A stretch of 64,000 nucleotides of DNA, from the IMG/VR virus record IMGVR_UViG_3300008448_000032, positions 1-64,000 of that record; one strand, 5' to 3'. The translations under genes were made by a program, and so were the position numbers. The stretch's first letter is position 1; every line of letters starts with the position of its first letter. Below are positions 28,088-36,780 of the stretch, piece by piece. The notes beneath the pieces are model-generated. The model was given only the letters and a program-made list of their open reading frames with translations, searched no databases and was not told where the DNA came from. The DNA is from a virus.

Positions 28088-28735
28088 ATGATCTATTCTT
28101 TTTCCGTATTCGAATCCATGAAAAATGGATCTAATCTATTGGATAAAGCAAGTCCAGATTTTGTACCCCATGAAACTTTTCATGAATTCTCTTGGGTAAA
28201 GCCAGAAGAATCTGAATGGTACTATTCTATAAAGAGAAATTCGCCTTTAGAGATTCCGAGAAATAGAAAATTCTATGACACGTTAGATTCCCCGTTAAGA
28301 GAAGGAGTGGAAATACTTCATAAAAAAGGAATCCCTACAACTCCTTCTTGCTCAGGTCATTTTAATCCGGACTCTTTCTATAATAAAATATACAAATCTC
28401 TTTGTTCCGAAGAAGAAGAAATAAGAGGGAAAGGGATAAATCTAAAAGATCCGGAAACGAACGAAAGGTATGTCTATAAAGATCCCAATTATAGAATACC
28501 CTGGGAGGAAAAATCATTTCTGGAAATATCTAGAGAGCATGGAAAAAAAGGAATAATAGGAATTTTAGATCCTATGGGTGAAATACAAAGGAGTCTAATG
28601 GAATCTTCTGGATCTGATTGTCAGATAACAAGAAACGGAAATTTAACTTTTTTCATAACTTCTCCTAAAGATAAAAAATCATTGGATTCCTCTTGGGAGA
28701 ACTTTAACGATTCCATCAAAAATTTTTTTAAATAG
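28088..28735 (+). CDS. Hypothetical protein with TxxSCxGH motif
   Basis: LDSPLREGVEILHKKGIPTTPSCSGH; start ATG 28088 after GATATATA at 28072. Confidence 0.55.
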   Translation: MIYSFSVFESMKNGSNLLDKASPDFVPHETFHEFSWVKPEESEWYYSIKRNSPLEIPRNRKFYDTLDSPLREGVEILHKKGIPTTPSCSGHFNPDSFYNKIYKSLCSEEEEIRGKGINLKDPETNERYVYKDPNYRIPWEEKSFLEISREHGKKGIIGILDPMGEIQRSLMESSGSDCQITRNGNLTFFITSPKDKKSLDSSWENFNDSIKNFFK

Positions 28736-28766
28736 GATATATAAATTAAAATCTAAATTTATAATT

Positions 28767-29375
28767 ATGTCATACACAAGAGAACAAATTGAAGCGACAG
28801 TAAAATCTAAAGGGTATGTTTGGTTTGAAGATTCTTCGAATAAAACTTACGATGTTAATATTGTAGGGGTTAGGAATACTTCTCCTGCGGTTTACAAAAA
28901 AGTAACAAACGTATTCGATGACCATCTAACTCTTTCCTTTAAAGATGAAAAGGGAGCTTGGCAATACTATTGCTGGATGGGAACTTGCGATCCCGGAAAA
29001 AAAGGAGTAGAACAATTCCACAATAAAAAAGGTGTTGCTAGACTAGTTCCTGGACAGTATAGAGGAGTATGGAAAATAGACCTACACCAAGGAAAATATG
29101 AAGCTCTTTGTCAAAGAAATGGAAATGTTACGGTTTGGAGAGATGCAAATAGGGATTTAGTTTTCGAAGAGAATGTAACGGATACTGGAATTTTTGGAAT
29201 CAATATCCACAAAGCAGGACAAGATTCAGCTTGGGTTGAAAATTGGTCCGAAGGATGCCAGGTGTTCAAAAGAGTTAAGGATTTTGATGTGTTTATGTCT
29301 ATATGTAAAAAAGCATCAAAAATTCATGGAAACAAATTTAGCTATACTCTTCTAGAATCAACAGATATAAAATAG
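28767..29375 (+). CDS. Putative endolysin, L,D-transpeptidase (YkuD)-like His/Cys motif
   Basis: NIVGVR, FDD, TCDPG, LVPGQY, GINIH(x)nWSEGCQ; GATATATA at 28736. Confidence 0.55.
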   Translation: MSYTREQIEATVKSKGYVWFEDSSNKTYDVNIVGVRNTSPAVYKKVTNVFDDHLTLSFKDEKGAWQYYCWMGTCDPGKKGVEQFHNKKGVARLVPGQYRGVWKIDLHQGKYEALCQRNGNVTVWRDANRDLVFEENVTDTGIFGINIHKAGQDSAWVENWSEGCQVFKRVKDFDVFMSICKKASKIHGNKFSYTLLESTDIK

Positions 29376-29379
29376 TAAA

Positions 29380-30786
29380 ATGTCTAGAAGAGTTAAAAAT
29401 TATTGGAATTTTTTAAATGAAGGAAATGCCCTTACTAAAAGTAAGGCAGCAAAAACTATAACTGCTGTTATAGACCCCGATACAAGGAGAAACATTAAAA
29501 GAAAATCCCAAGGAGAAATAGAGCAAAGTAAATCCAAAGACGGACAGACTTGGGCTGCAGATACTAGATACACATATCTTCCAGAGGAAGAAGGATATGT
29601 GGGATGGTCCAAATTTCACTTCGGTAAAGTAGTTTTGAGGGAAATCGAAGAAGAAGGATCAACAGAAAATGTGTATGAAGTTTTAACCGGACTAAATAAA
29701 GGGGTAAAAGGACCTTACGAATGGCAATCCGGAAATATCGGAACCCCAATTTACAATCCTCCGTATGGAAAAAAATGGGCAGATCTCCTAGGTCCTGACG
29801 AGGAATTCTTCAACAATTATGAATGGAATTCTAATCCTCCGATGAAAATTACATCTGTTCCCGGAATCGAAATAGCTAAAGTTGGGAATAAAGGGGAATG
29901 CCAATTAATCTACACCGATAAATTTCAGCTTTACGGAAAAGTAAAAATATATCATGATTTTAATTCAGATTCTAATTTTTCTTATGAGGTTTCGGATGGA
30001 AATAATAAAGGAAAAAAAGGAAAAGGATTTTCTTTTATAAAAAGGGAAGAACTAGAAACAAAAGAAATTACTCCTTCTACCGAATTCCCTATTTTAAATA
30101 ATTTTTCAAAGGACGGAGAAATAATAAAAGCTTATGTAAAATTCCCTTATCCAACTCACAATGGATCAGGGTTTGGTGCCCAGTATGCAGGAAGTCCTTC
30201 GGGTAAACCTTATTCAATACCTTCTTCGTCAATAAACCCGGATCATTATATATGGTTAGATACTTCTGAATTTGAATCTATAAATTCTTCTAGCCTAGAT
30301 GTTTTCAAATCTCTTTACGGAGATTTGAAATATAAAGATAAATTCGGAGAAAAAACTCTCGGAAGTCAATATCAAGAAAAATCTAAATATTATTGGGCAG
30401 ACATAGGATCAGAGATAAAAGGGAATAAATTATCAGGATCTTATCTTTTCAATTATTTAGGATCTGGAAGCTACATCTATCTATATAGTGTTAATTCAAA
30501 AAACGAGAGTAATGCAAGATTAAAATGGGACGATGAAGTAGGATGTTTTGGTAATAATTTTTTCACTGGACTTTTTATTACGGGGTTTGATCTTAAAAAT
30601 CCAGGGGATAAATATACTAGAGAATATCTAAAAGGAGAATGGTTTTGGGATTACAAGAACAATTATGTGTGTTTACTATATGCTTATAATTCAAAAGGAG
30701 AAAAGAAAAGTGTAATATATAATTTAGATTCTCCTTCAGAACCGGTTCCTTATGATAAATGGGGGGGAGCAGGAGGAGATTGGTAA
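29380..30786 (+). CDS. Hypothetical protein with leader RVKNYWNFLNE
   Basis: 468-aa ORF. Confidence 0.55.
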   Translation: MSRRVKNYWNFLNEGNALTKSKAAKTITAVIDPDTRRNIKRKSQGEIEQSKSKDGQTWAADTRYTYLPEEEGYVGWSKFHFGKVVLREIEEEGSTENVYEVLTGLNKGVKGPYEWQSGNIGTPIYNPPYGKKWADLLGPDEEFFNNYEWNSNPPMKITSVPGIEIAKVGNKGECQLIYTDKFQLYGKVKIYHDFNSDSNFSYEVSDGNNKGKKGKGFSFIKREELETKEITPSTEFPILNNFSKDGEIIKAYVKFPYPTHNGSGFGAQYAGSPSGKPYSIPSSSINPDHYIWLDTSEFESINSSSLDVFKSLYGDLKYKDKFGEKTLGSQYQEKSKYYWADIGSEIKGNKLSGSYLFNYLGSGSYIYLYSVNSKNESNARLKWDDEVGCFGNNFFTGLFITGFDLKNPGDKYTREYLKGEWFWDYKNNYVCLLYAYNSKGEKKSVIYNLDSPSEPVPYDKWGGAGGDW

Positions 30787-30799
30787 TTTAAAAATTAAA

Positions 30800-31696
30800 A
30801 TGAAAAAAATAAAACTATTCGAAAACTATTCTTTAGAGAATTATGAAAGAGAGATAGAAGAATCTATTTATGAAAAATGGTCTTCTAGAAATGGGGATTC
30901 TTTATATCTATTAGAATCCATGGGTTCTGAAGAGGAAGATAGGCTGGATTGGCTTGATGATGAGGAATTAACACCGGGAGAAATGAGAGCTTTGGAGAGA
31001 GATCTTCAAGTTATTTCTAAAGAGCAACTAGCTGCTTTGTATCTAAAAGCTTTAGGACAATATGAATTCGGGGATCCAGAAAGAATGAAAGGAAGAAGAT
31101 CTAAATCAGAGGTTGTTCAAGAAGACGTATATGTAACTGGAATCCCAGGAATAGAAGAATTTTGCTCTGAAGACTGGAAAAGCGGAAATCTATTTATTGG
31201 TCCTAGTGCTCTTTCTGATGCGATAGGACTGAGATCTTTGGGTACTGTAACAAGAACAGTTAATAAATTTAGACTTCTTTTAGACGGAGAATCAGAGGGA
31301 AGATATGACGAGGTGGTTTACCCTAAAGTTATAAATGCGTTTGATTTTTTCAAAGGAAAATCTCCAGAAGTTATACAGGGAATAGCTGCAGGGGGAATAC
31401 AAAATCCAGAAACTTCTAAAGAGCACAGATCTGTTCTTAAAGGATCTGGTATTTCTAAAGCTGATTCTCTAATAATAGGAAAATTGGTTCATTCTCTTTT
31501 TAAAGATTATATGTCTAATTCTTTTTTCAGGAAGAATGTTTGTAAAGCTCAAAGCTCTGCTATATCTTCTATTTCCAAATCTAAAAGAATATCTCCTGAA
31601 GAGCTGGAAACATCATATAAAAATTATCTAATATCTCAAAAAATGTTAGATAAATTCAATTGGTGCGGACTTTATTCTAAATATGGGATCTACTAA
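30800..31696 (+). CDS. Hypothetical protein with leader MKKIKLFENY
   Basis: Start reassigned to ATG 30800. Confidence 0.55.
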   Translation: MKKIKLFENYSLENYEREIEESIYEKWSSRNGDSLYLLESMGSEEEDRLDWLDDEELTPGEMRALERDLQVISKEQLAALYLKALGQYEFGDPERMKGRRSKSEVVQEDVYVTGIPGIEEFCSEDWKSGNLFIGPSALSDAIGLRSLGTVTRTVNKFRLLLDGESEGRYDEVVYPKVINAFDFFKGKSPEVIQGIAAGGIQNPETSKEHRSVLKGSGISKADSLIIGKLVHSLFKDYMSNSFFRKNVCKAQSSAISSISKSKRISPEELETSYKNYLISQKMLDKFNWCGLYSKYGIY

Positions 31697-32175
31697 AAAT
31701 TAAAATTTCCTAGAAAAAGAAGAAAGGAAATTACCAAAAGAAATTCATAATGTCTTTTTATGTAAATCTTAGGGTTTATACAATCAACATAATTTATTCT
31801 TTCATAGAAATAATCACATCTATCTCTATCTGATAAAGAAAATTCCATATTTGATTTTTCTAAAAATTCTGAATTTTGTTTAGATTCCCATTCGTAAAAC
31901 ACCTCAGCTTCCATACACATATCCAATACGGTTTCCCGAGTAAGAATTACCCTCTTGTGTTCTGCAATTATTAAAAGGGGAATAAAAAATCCTAGGAAAT
32001 AAGTATTATAATAAAATTCTATTCCAGCAGATACTAGGATTAGAAAAGAGTAGAGACCTAAACTAGATTTCTTACCCGTAAATAATATAGGAAAAATTCT
32101 AAACATTTTAGAGGTCTCGGGACATTCCCGATATAAAGATCTGTAGAATTTTTCTGATTTCGATTCTTTTTCCAT
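31693..32175 (-). CDS. Membrane protein, likely early
   Basis: ATG 32175 (MEKESK); hydrophobic segments; TATATTTG upstream. Confidence 0.5.
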   Translation of the reverse strand: MEKESKSEKFYRSLYRECPETSKMFRIFPILFTGKKSSLGLYSFLILVSAGIEFYYNTYFLGFFIPLLIIAEHKRVILTRETVLDMCMEAEVFYEWESKQNSEFLEKSNMEFSLSDRDRCDYFYERINYVDCINPKIYIKRHYEFLLVISFLLFLGNFNF

Positions 32176-32198
32176 TTTAAAATAATTGATATATAAAT

Positions 32199-32206
32199 CA
32201 AATATA
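32199..32206 (-). promoter_or_regulatory. Bacteroidota-type -7 element TATATTTG
   Basis: Adjacent to the plus-strand GATATATA at 32188. Confidence 0.5.
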
Positions 32207-32210
32207 AGAA

Positions 32211-32606
32211 ATGTCTCGTATAATAAAAATCGGCCATATAGAAGCATTAATAGATTATCCGGAAGATGTCGTAAATACTCATTGGGATCTAGCAGAAGAA
32301 AAGATAAAGAATAATTACGGAAAAGGATGGAGACTTCCTACAGTGGAAGAACTCCTTTATATAAAAGATTTATCCCTGGAGTTCGGTATTTTTTCAGATT
32401 TCAATGTCGACGATGATTATTGGACATCTAAATCCGGAGAGCCTGGTTATATTCCAGATCGTAATGAGTTCGGCGAAGATTTTAGATGGTTCTATCAGGT
32501 GAGAATGCCCAATAATAAAGATCTCCAGGGTTTCGAGGATTCCCAGAAAGAATTTCTTTGTCACGTAGATTATTACGGAAATATTTTACCGGTAAGAGAT
32601 ATATAA
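32211..32606 (+). CDS. DUF1566/Lcl-C-like protein
   Basis: GKGWRLPTVEELLYI...YWTS...ILPVRDI. Confidence 0.65.
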   Translation: MSRIIKIGHIEALIDYPEDVVNTHWDLAEEKIKNNYGKGWRLPTVEELLYIKDLSLEFGIFSDFNVDDDYWTSKSGEPGYIPDRNEFGEDFRWFYQVRMPNNKDLQGFEDSQKEFLCHVDYYGNILPVRDI

Positions 32607-32616
32607 AATAAAAACT

Positions 32617-33408
32617 ATGAAAACTATTAAAAATTTTAACGAATTTGTATCCGAATCTATTTTAGATTCACCTATTTTCCAAAAAATTGGATCACTTGTT
32701 AAATCCACCCTGAATAGATCGGTAAATACTACTGAATATGAAAATGAGGTGGAAAAAGGAGATGCTGCAGAACCCGGAGGAGTTATGGGAGAATCCCCTA
32801 TAGGAAGAGGAACTTCATTAGAATCCGATATGAAATTTACCAAAGAAGAGATGGAAACCTTTGGAGAAAAAATAGGAATAACCGATAAAGGAGACAAGGC
32901 AAAATTGGAACAGCCCTCCACCGGTCCTATAGGAAATATATCAAATTCTGCGTATGCTAACCTAAATGTTTCTACAAGAGGAATCCCGGGTACGGATGGT
33001 GGAAATCTTGGATGTGCTGCTGCGACTTCTATAATGTTCTATCGGGCAACTGGATATTCCTTAGCCGGGGGAACGACGGTTTGTATAGGAACTCTTACCA
33101 TATATGACGAATTGGATAAGAAAAGTAAAGAACCTTTATCTCCTTGGAAAAAGGTAACAGATTGGAAAAATGATTACATGCCTGGTGATATTATCGTTAC
33201 TAGAAGAAGATCCAGACCTGGACATATCGGGGTAGTGGTTAATGATGGAAATATAATTTCAAATTCTTCATCTGGATTTAAAGGAGATAAAATGGGACAA
33301 ATAGAAGAAAATTACACTATAAAATCCTGGGATAGCGTAGCTAGAAGAAATCCTACGGAAACCGCAATATTTAGATACCAAGGTCCTTACAAGAACAGCT
33401 GGTCTTAA
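32617..33408 (+). CDS. Leader-bearing NlpC/P60-CHAP-like Cys/His amidase
   Basis: MKTIKNFNEFVSE; GNLGCAAATS...PGDIIV...GHIGVV...IISNSS. Confidence 0.65.
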   Translation: MKTIKNFNEFVSESILDSPIFQKIGSLVKSTLNRSVNTTEYENEVEKGDAAEPGGVMGESPIGRGTSLESDMKFTKEEMETFGEKIGITDKGDKAKLEQPSTGPIGNISNSAYANLNVSTRGIPGTDGGNLGCAAATSIMFYRATGYSLAGGTTVCIGTLTIYDELDKKSKEPLSPWKKVTDWKNDYMPGDIIVTRRRSRPGHIGVVVNDGNIISNSSSGFKGDKMGQIEENYTIKSWDSVARRNPTETAIFRYQGPYKNSWS

Positions 33409-33785
33409 TGAAAAGATTTATAGCAGGAAGAGTAGAAGTTTGTCTCGGATATGATTTTGAAGAGATGGATAAATCTGATGCTATAGAAAAATGCAAACAA
33501 TTAGGCCCCGAATGGAGATTGCCAAATGAGAATGAAATCAGGTACATTTGCCAAAATTTATCTTACGGAGGGAATTCTGATTTTTGGACTTCTAGTGGAA
33601 CCTTGGGAGGAATAGTTAATCGAAGAGGAAAATTCCTTAATGAACCCTCATATTGGATGGGAGAGCCCGAAGGAAGGAGTAGGTCATATATATATGATTG
33701 TCAATTTACAGGAAATAGATGTTTTCAAGTATTCGATAGATCTAGAAAGACGAATTCTGTATTTATGGGCGTTAGAGAGATATGA
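33408..33785 (+). CDS. DUF1566/Lcl-C-like protein
   Basis: AIEKCKQLGPEWRLPNENEI...SYW...GVREI. Confidence 0.65.
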   Translation: MKRFIAGRVEVCLGYDFEEMDKSDAIEKCKQLGPEWRLPNENEIRYICQNLSYGGNSDFWTSSGTLGGIVNRRGKFLNEPSYWMGEPEGRSRSYIYDCQFTGNRCFQVFDRSRKTNSVFMGVREI

Positions 33786-34105
33786 AAATGATAGATCTAG
33801 GACATACAATAATGGAGATTTCTGAAGATTCTAAAGATGGAAAATGGAAGGATTTCAATGAGTTATCAGAGAAAGAGGGATTTAGATTTCCTACTTTAAA
33901 TGAGCTAAGGTATTTATATTCACTAAAAAAAGATCTCGGAATAGGAGATTTTGCTGATAGATGGTTTTGGTCTTCTGAAGTTATGGAAAGAAACATATAT
34001 TCTCCTGGATCTAAATATTATTTTAAAGATTTTAGGGATGGAATAGAAGATTGGGAATACGCATATATGAGATCTGCTTGTCTTATAAGAGTTTACGATA
34101 AATAG
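33782..34105 (+). CDS. DUF1566/Lcl-C-like protein
   Basis: GFRFPTLNELRYLY...WFWSSE...CLIRV. Confidence 0.6.
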   Translation: MKMIDLGHTIMEISEDSKDGKWKDFNELSEKEGFRFPTLNELRYLYSLKKDLGIGDFADRWFWSSEVMERNIYSPGSKYYFKDFRDGIEDWEYAYMRSACLIRVYDK

Positions 34106-34111
34106 TCAAAC

Positions 34112-34142
34112 AAAAAAACCAGAATCTTTTGGATCCTGGTTT
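34112..34142. terminator. Terminator between convergent genes
   Basis: AAACCAG...CTGGTTT stem; the A run gives a T tail on the minus strand. Confidence 0.6.
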
Positions 34143-34163
34143 ATCTTAAATCTATTTTATTTA

Positions 34164-35171
34164 TTATTTTAATTTTTTTCTTAAAATAACTCCCGCTTGG
34201 TAGGAAGGAACTGGAACACCCGGATACATTTTAGGGTAAGTTCTCATAAATAGAGTTTCTGGAATGTGTCTGTGCATATAAAGACCATAGTACTCCATAT
34301 CCGGATTATTCTTAAGAACCTCATCCATAATCATAGAAGATAGTAAATAAGGTTTTTTATTCTGAATCATATCTTTGATTAGAGTAACAAAGTATCCACC
34401 TGGCTTTAAAAATTCAATACCTTGTGTGTACATACCATTAACAAGATCCCAATATTCGCTTCCTTTAGTTAGACCGATATTATTTGGATGCTCATAATCG
34501 AAAGTTTTATCATTTAAAGTTCCATCTGCATTTTTAGCCATTCCCCTTTGTGGAGCATCTGAAGATTTCCCACTTAATTTAGGATATGGAGTACCGTTAA
34601 CGATTAGGGATAATTGACCTCTCTCGATACCCGAGCTTTCTAAATTCTGAGTTGTATTTCTAGCATCTCCTTGAACCAACTTAGCAACAACATCATTTCT
34701 TTCTACCTGAGCTGCAATGTTGTTATAAGCAATCTGGGGATACTCTAGCTCAACTCCGATCGAATTCCTACCGTTATTATATGCTTCAACCAAAGTCGTT
34801 CCTGTTCCACATGTAGGATCAAATACCCAATCTCCTGGTTGAGTTAGATTCTGTATTGCCCATCTATACCCTTGCCAGTGTCCTGGACATAGGTGCTTAT
34901 CCTCTTGCTTAGGATAATACTTATATCTTGCAGACTGAGAATAGTATTTGTCTCTTTGGGTATCGTAGATTTCACCTAAGAAATTTTGGGTATAATCCGT
35001 AGTGTGATAATCAGAAGGCAATTCCATTCTTACCAAAAGTTCTTCTGTAGGAGTAATATCGTTTCTGTAAACGCTTTTATCCTTAGGATCTTTTTTGATT
35101 TTTTCTACTGGAGCTGGAGCTTCTTTAGGTTTAGTTTTGTCCTCGAAAGGAACTTGTTTCATTTCAATCAT
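34164..35171 (-). CDS. SAM-dependent amino-methyltransferase-like protein (N4C/N6A DNA or RNA MTase fold)
   Basis: VFDPTCGTGTT motif I, GVELE, QGDAR, IVNGTPY (atypical motif IV), LKPGGY. Confidence 0.7.
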   Translation of the reverse strand: MIEMKQVPFEDKTKPKEAPAPVEKIKKDPKDKSVYRNDITPTEELLVRMELPSDYHTTDYTQNFLGEIYDTQRDKYYSQSARYKYYPKQEDKHLCPGHWQGYRWAIQNLTQPGDWVFDPTCGTGTTLVEAYNNGRNSIGVELEYPQIAYNNIAAQVERNDVVAKLVQGDARNTTQNLESSGIERGQLSLIVNGTPYPKLSGKSSDAPQRGMAKNADGTLNDKTFDYEHPNNIGLTKGSEYWDLVNGMYTQGIEFLKPGGYFVTLIKDMIQNKKPYLLSSMIMDEVLKNNPDMEYYGLYMHRHIPETLFMRTYPKMYPGVPVPSYQAGVILRKKLK

Positions 35172-35203
35172 TTCTCAATTTTTAATTAATTATTATAATG
35201 AAT

Positions 35204-35232
35204 TTTATATCTCGATTTTATAAAATTATTTC
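35204..35232 (-). promoter_or_regulatory. Putative promoter GAAAT-N18-TATAAA
   Basis: Upstream of the methyltransferase gene. Confidence 0.45.
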
Positions 35233-35258
35233 GGGATATATAAAAAAATATTATTAAA

Positions 35259-36323
35259 GTGAACAATCTTAATAGATTCTGCGAATGGGCGATCAATGAA
35301 GCCTCTTATTTTACTAAATGGGCTTCTACCCCATCGAACATAACAGCAGCTCAAAAAAGAGACATTGAATCCAAAGTAGAAGCTTCTTCTTCTGTTGATA
35401 TGGAAATTCTTAAAAATTTCAATCCTTCTTATAGCTCTAGATATTGGGAGGCTTTAAAAATAAGATTGGGAGAAAATAAAATAAAATTTAAATATGGAAA
35501 CACCTCAGCAATTCCTAAGCAGTGGATATATTGGGGAGAAAAGGTAATATATTCCGACAAAAGACCACTCCTTTCTAGAAATAACTCAACTAAAGAGGAG
35601 GTTTTAGCTTATTTTCCTATCCCATTCAACGGAGTAGTTCTAGATAAATTTTGGGTTGTTGCAGTATGGAAAAACGCTTCGGGAGTAAATATGTTAAGGG
35701 AAATGTCTTTAAAGACATACCTTACTAAAAGTACTAGGGATATAATAGATATTTATTTTAAGGGATATTCTTCCCCGGTGACCAATAAATCAAATCCCAA
35801 AGATTATTGGACCCTTATCGCTATAATGGCCTGTGAAAATTTTCCAGAACAATCTCAGGGAATGGCAGATGTTGCTCAATCTATATACAATAGATATTAT
35901 GTTAATGGAAAGCCTTACGGTAAAACCATATCTGAAATAATACTTGCTAAAGGACAATACGAACCCGTTACAAAAGGATTAAAGAAAGGAGCAGACTGGA
36001 AAAATGTAAATAGCAGATCTAAAGCTATAAGTGTTTATATGAAGACTAAAGGAAGTACATCAGATGTAGCTAATAAAGCAATAAATAATGCTATAGCTGC
36101 ACAATCCGGTAAATCTTATGTCTCCCAGGCAAAATCCCACGTGAAGACAAGAACAGAATTTTTGGCTTCTTCTCCTAAGTCTTCTTCCGCGGTTTCTCCG
36201 GTAGAAAGATCTGATCCAAAAAAACACAATTCTTTTTTCTGGAACTATGCCGGAAAAAATCAATATTATGCTAAAAAAGATTTCTCAGCAAAGCCTATCC
36301 CATCGGAAGTTAAGATCGCTTAA
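35259..36323 (+). CDS. Leader-bearing SleB/CwlJ (Hydrolase_2)-like cell-wall hydrolase
   Basis: MNNLNRFCEWAINE; LIAIMACE...GMADVAQSIYNR...TISEIILAKGQYEP; GATATATA at 35235. Confidence 0.7.
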   Translation: MNNLNRFCEWAINEASYFTKWASTPSNITAAQKRDIESKVEASSSVDMEILKNFNPSYSSRYWEALKIRLGENKIKFKYGNTSAIPKQWIYWGEKVIYSDKRPLLSRNNSTKEEVLAYFPIPFNGVVLDKFWVVAVWKNASGVNMLREMSLKTYLTKSTRDIIDIYFKGYSSPVTNKSNPKDYWTLIAIMACENFPEQSQGMADVAQSIYNRYYVNGKPYGKTISEIILAKGQYEPVTKGLKKGADWKNVNSRSKAISVYMKTKGSTSDVANKAINNAIAAQSGKSYVSQAKSHVKTRTEFLASSPKSSSAVSPVERSDPKKHNSFFWNYAGKNQYYAKKDFSAKPIPSEVKIA

Positions 36324-36343
36324 GATATATAAATAAAAAGAGG

Positions 36344-36778
36344 ATGTCAAGAATATACGATTACGGAGCTTTTTCAAATAATAAATCTAAATTTTCGGAT
36401 TCGGGTAATAAATTTGGGTACGAGATGTCTTTTGTCGATATAGATATATCGGGAAAGCCTAAAGAATTTAGAGATATAATTGATGTTAAAGTTTTTATTG
36501 AATATTCCACTAACGTCGTTTCCAATAAAAGAGGTCTAGAAAGAGTTGATTTTTCCGTAGATTGTATAGAGCTTATAATGGATATTGAAAATTCCGTCGG
36601 GAAGAACGAGGAGATAGATTTTGATCTTATCCCAGGAAAAACTATAGATTACGGCCAGGTTAAGTATACCATAAATGAATTTCCTATACCTTCTTATCCT
36701 CAAAGAATAGAAATAAATATGAACGGGTTTACAGATCCTACGAGGTTTGATGTAATGGTTTATTTTGGAAATAACTAG
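36344..36778 (+). CDS. Hypothetical late protein
   Basis: ORF; GATATATA at 36324. Confidence 0.55.
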   Translation: MSRIYDYGAFSNNKSKFSDSGNKFGYEMSFVDIDISGKPKEFRDIIDVKVFIEYSTNVVSNKRGLERVDFSVDCIELIMDIENSVGKNEEIDFDLIPGKTIDYGQVKYTINEFPIPSYPQRIEINMNGFTDPTRFDVMVYFGNN

Positions 36779-36780
36779 GA

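Noticed and set aside
32211-34105. Diversity-generating retroelement around the DUF1566-like genes
   Set aside because: No reverse transcriptase and no near-identical VR/TR pair seen in this window
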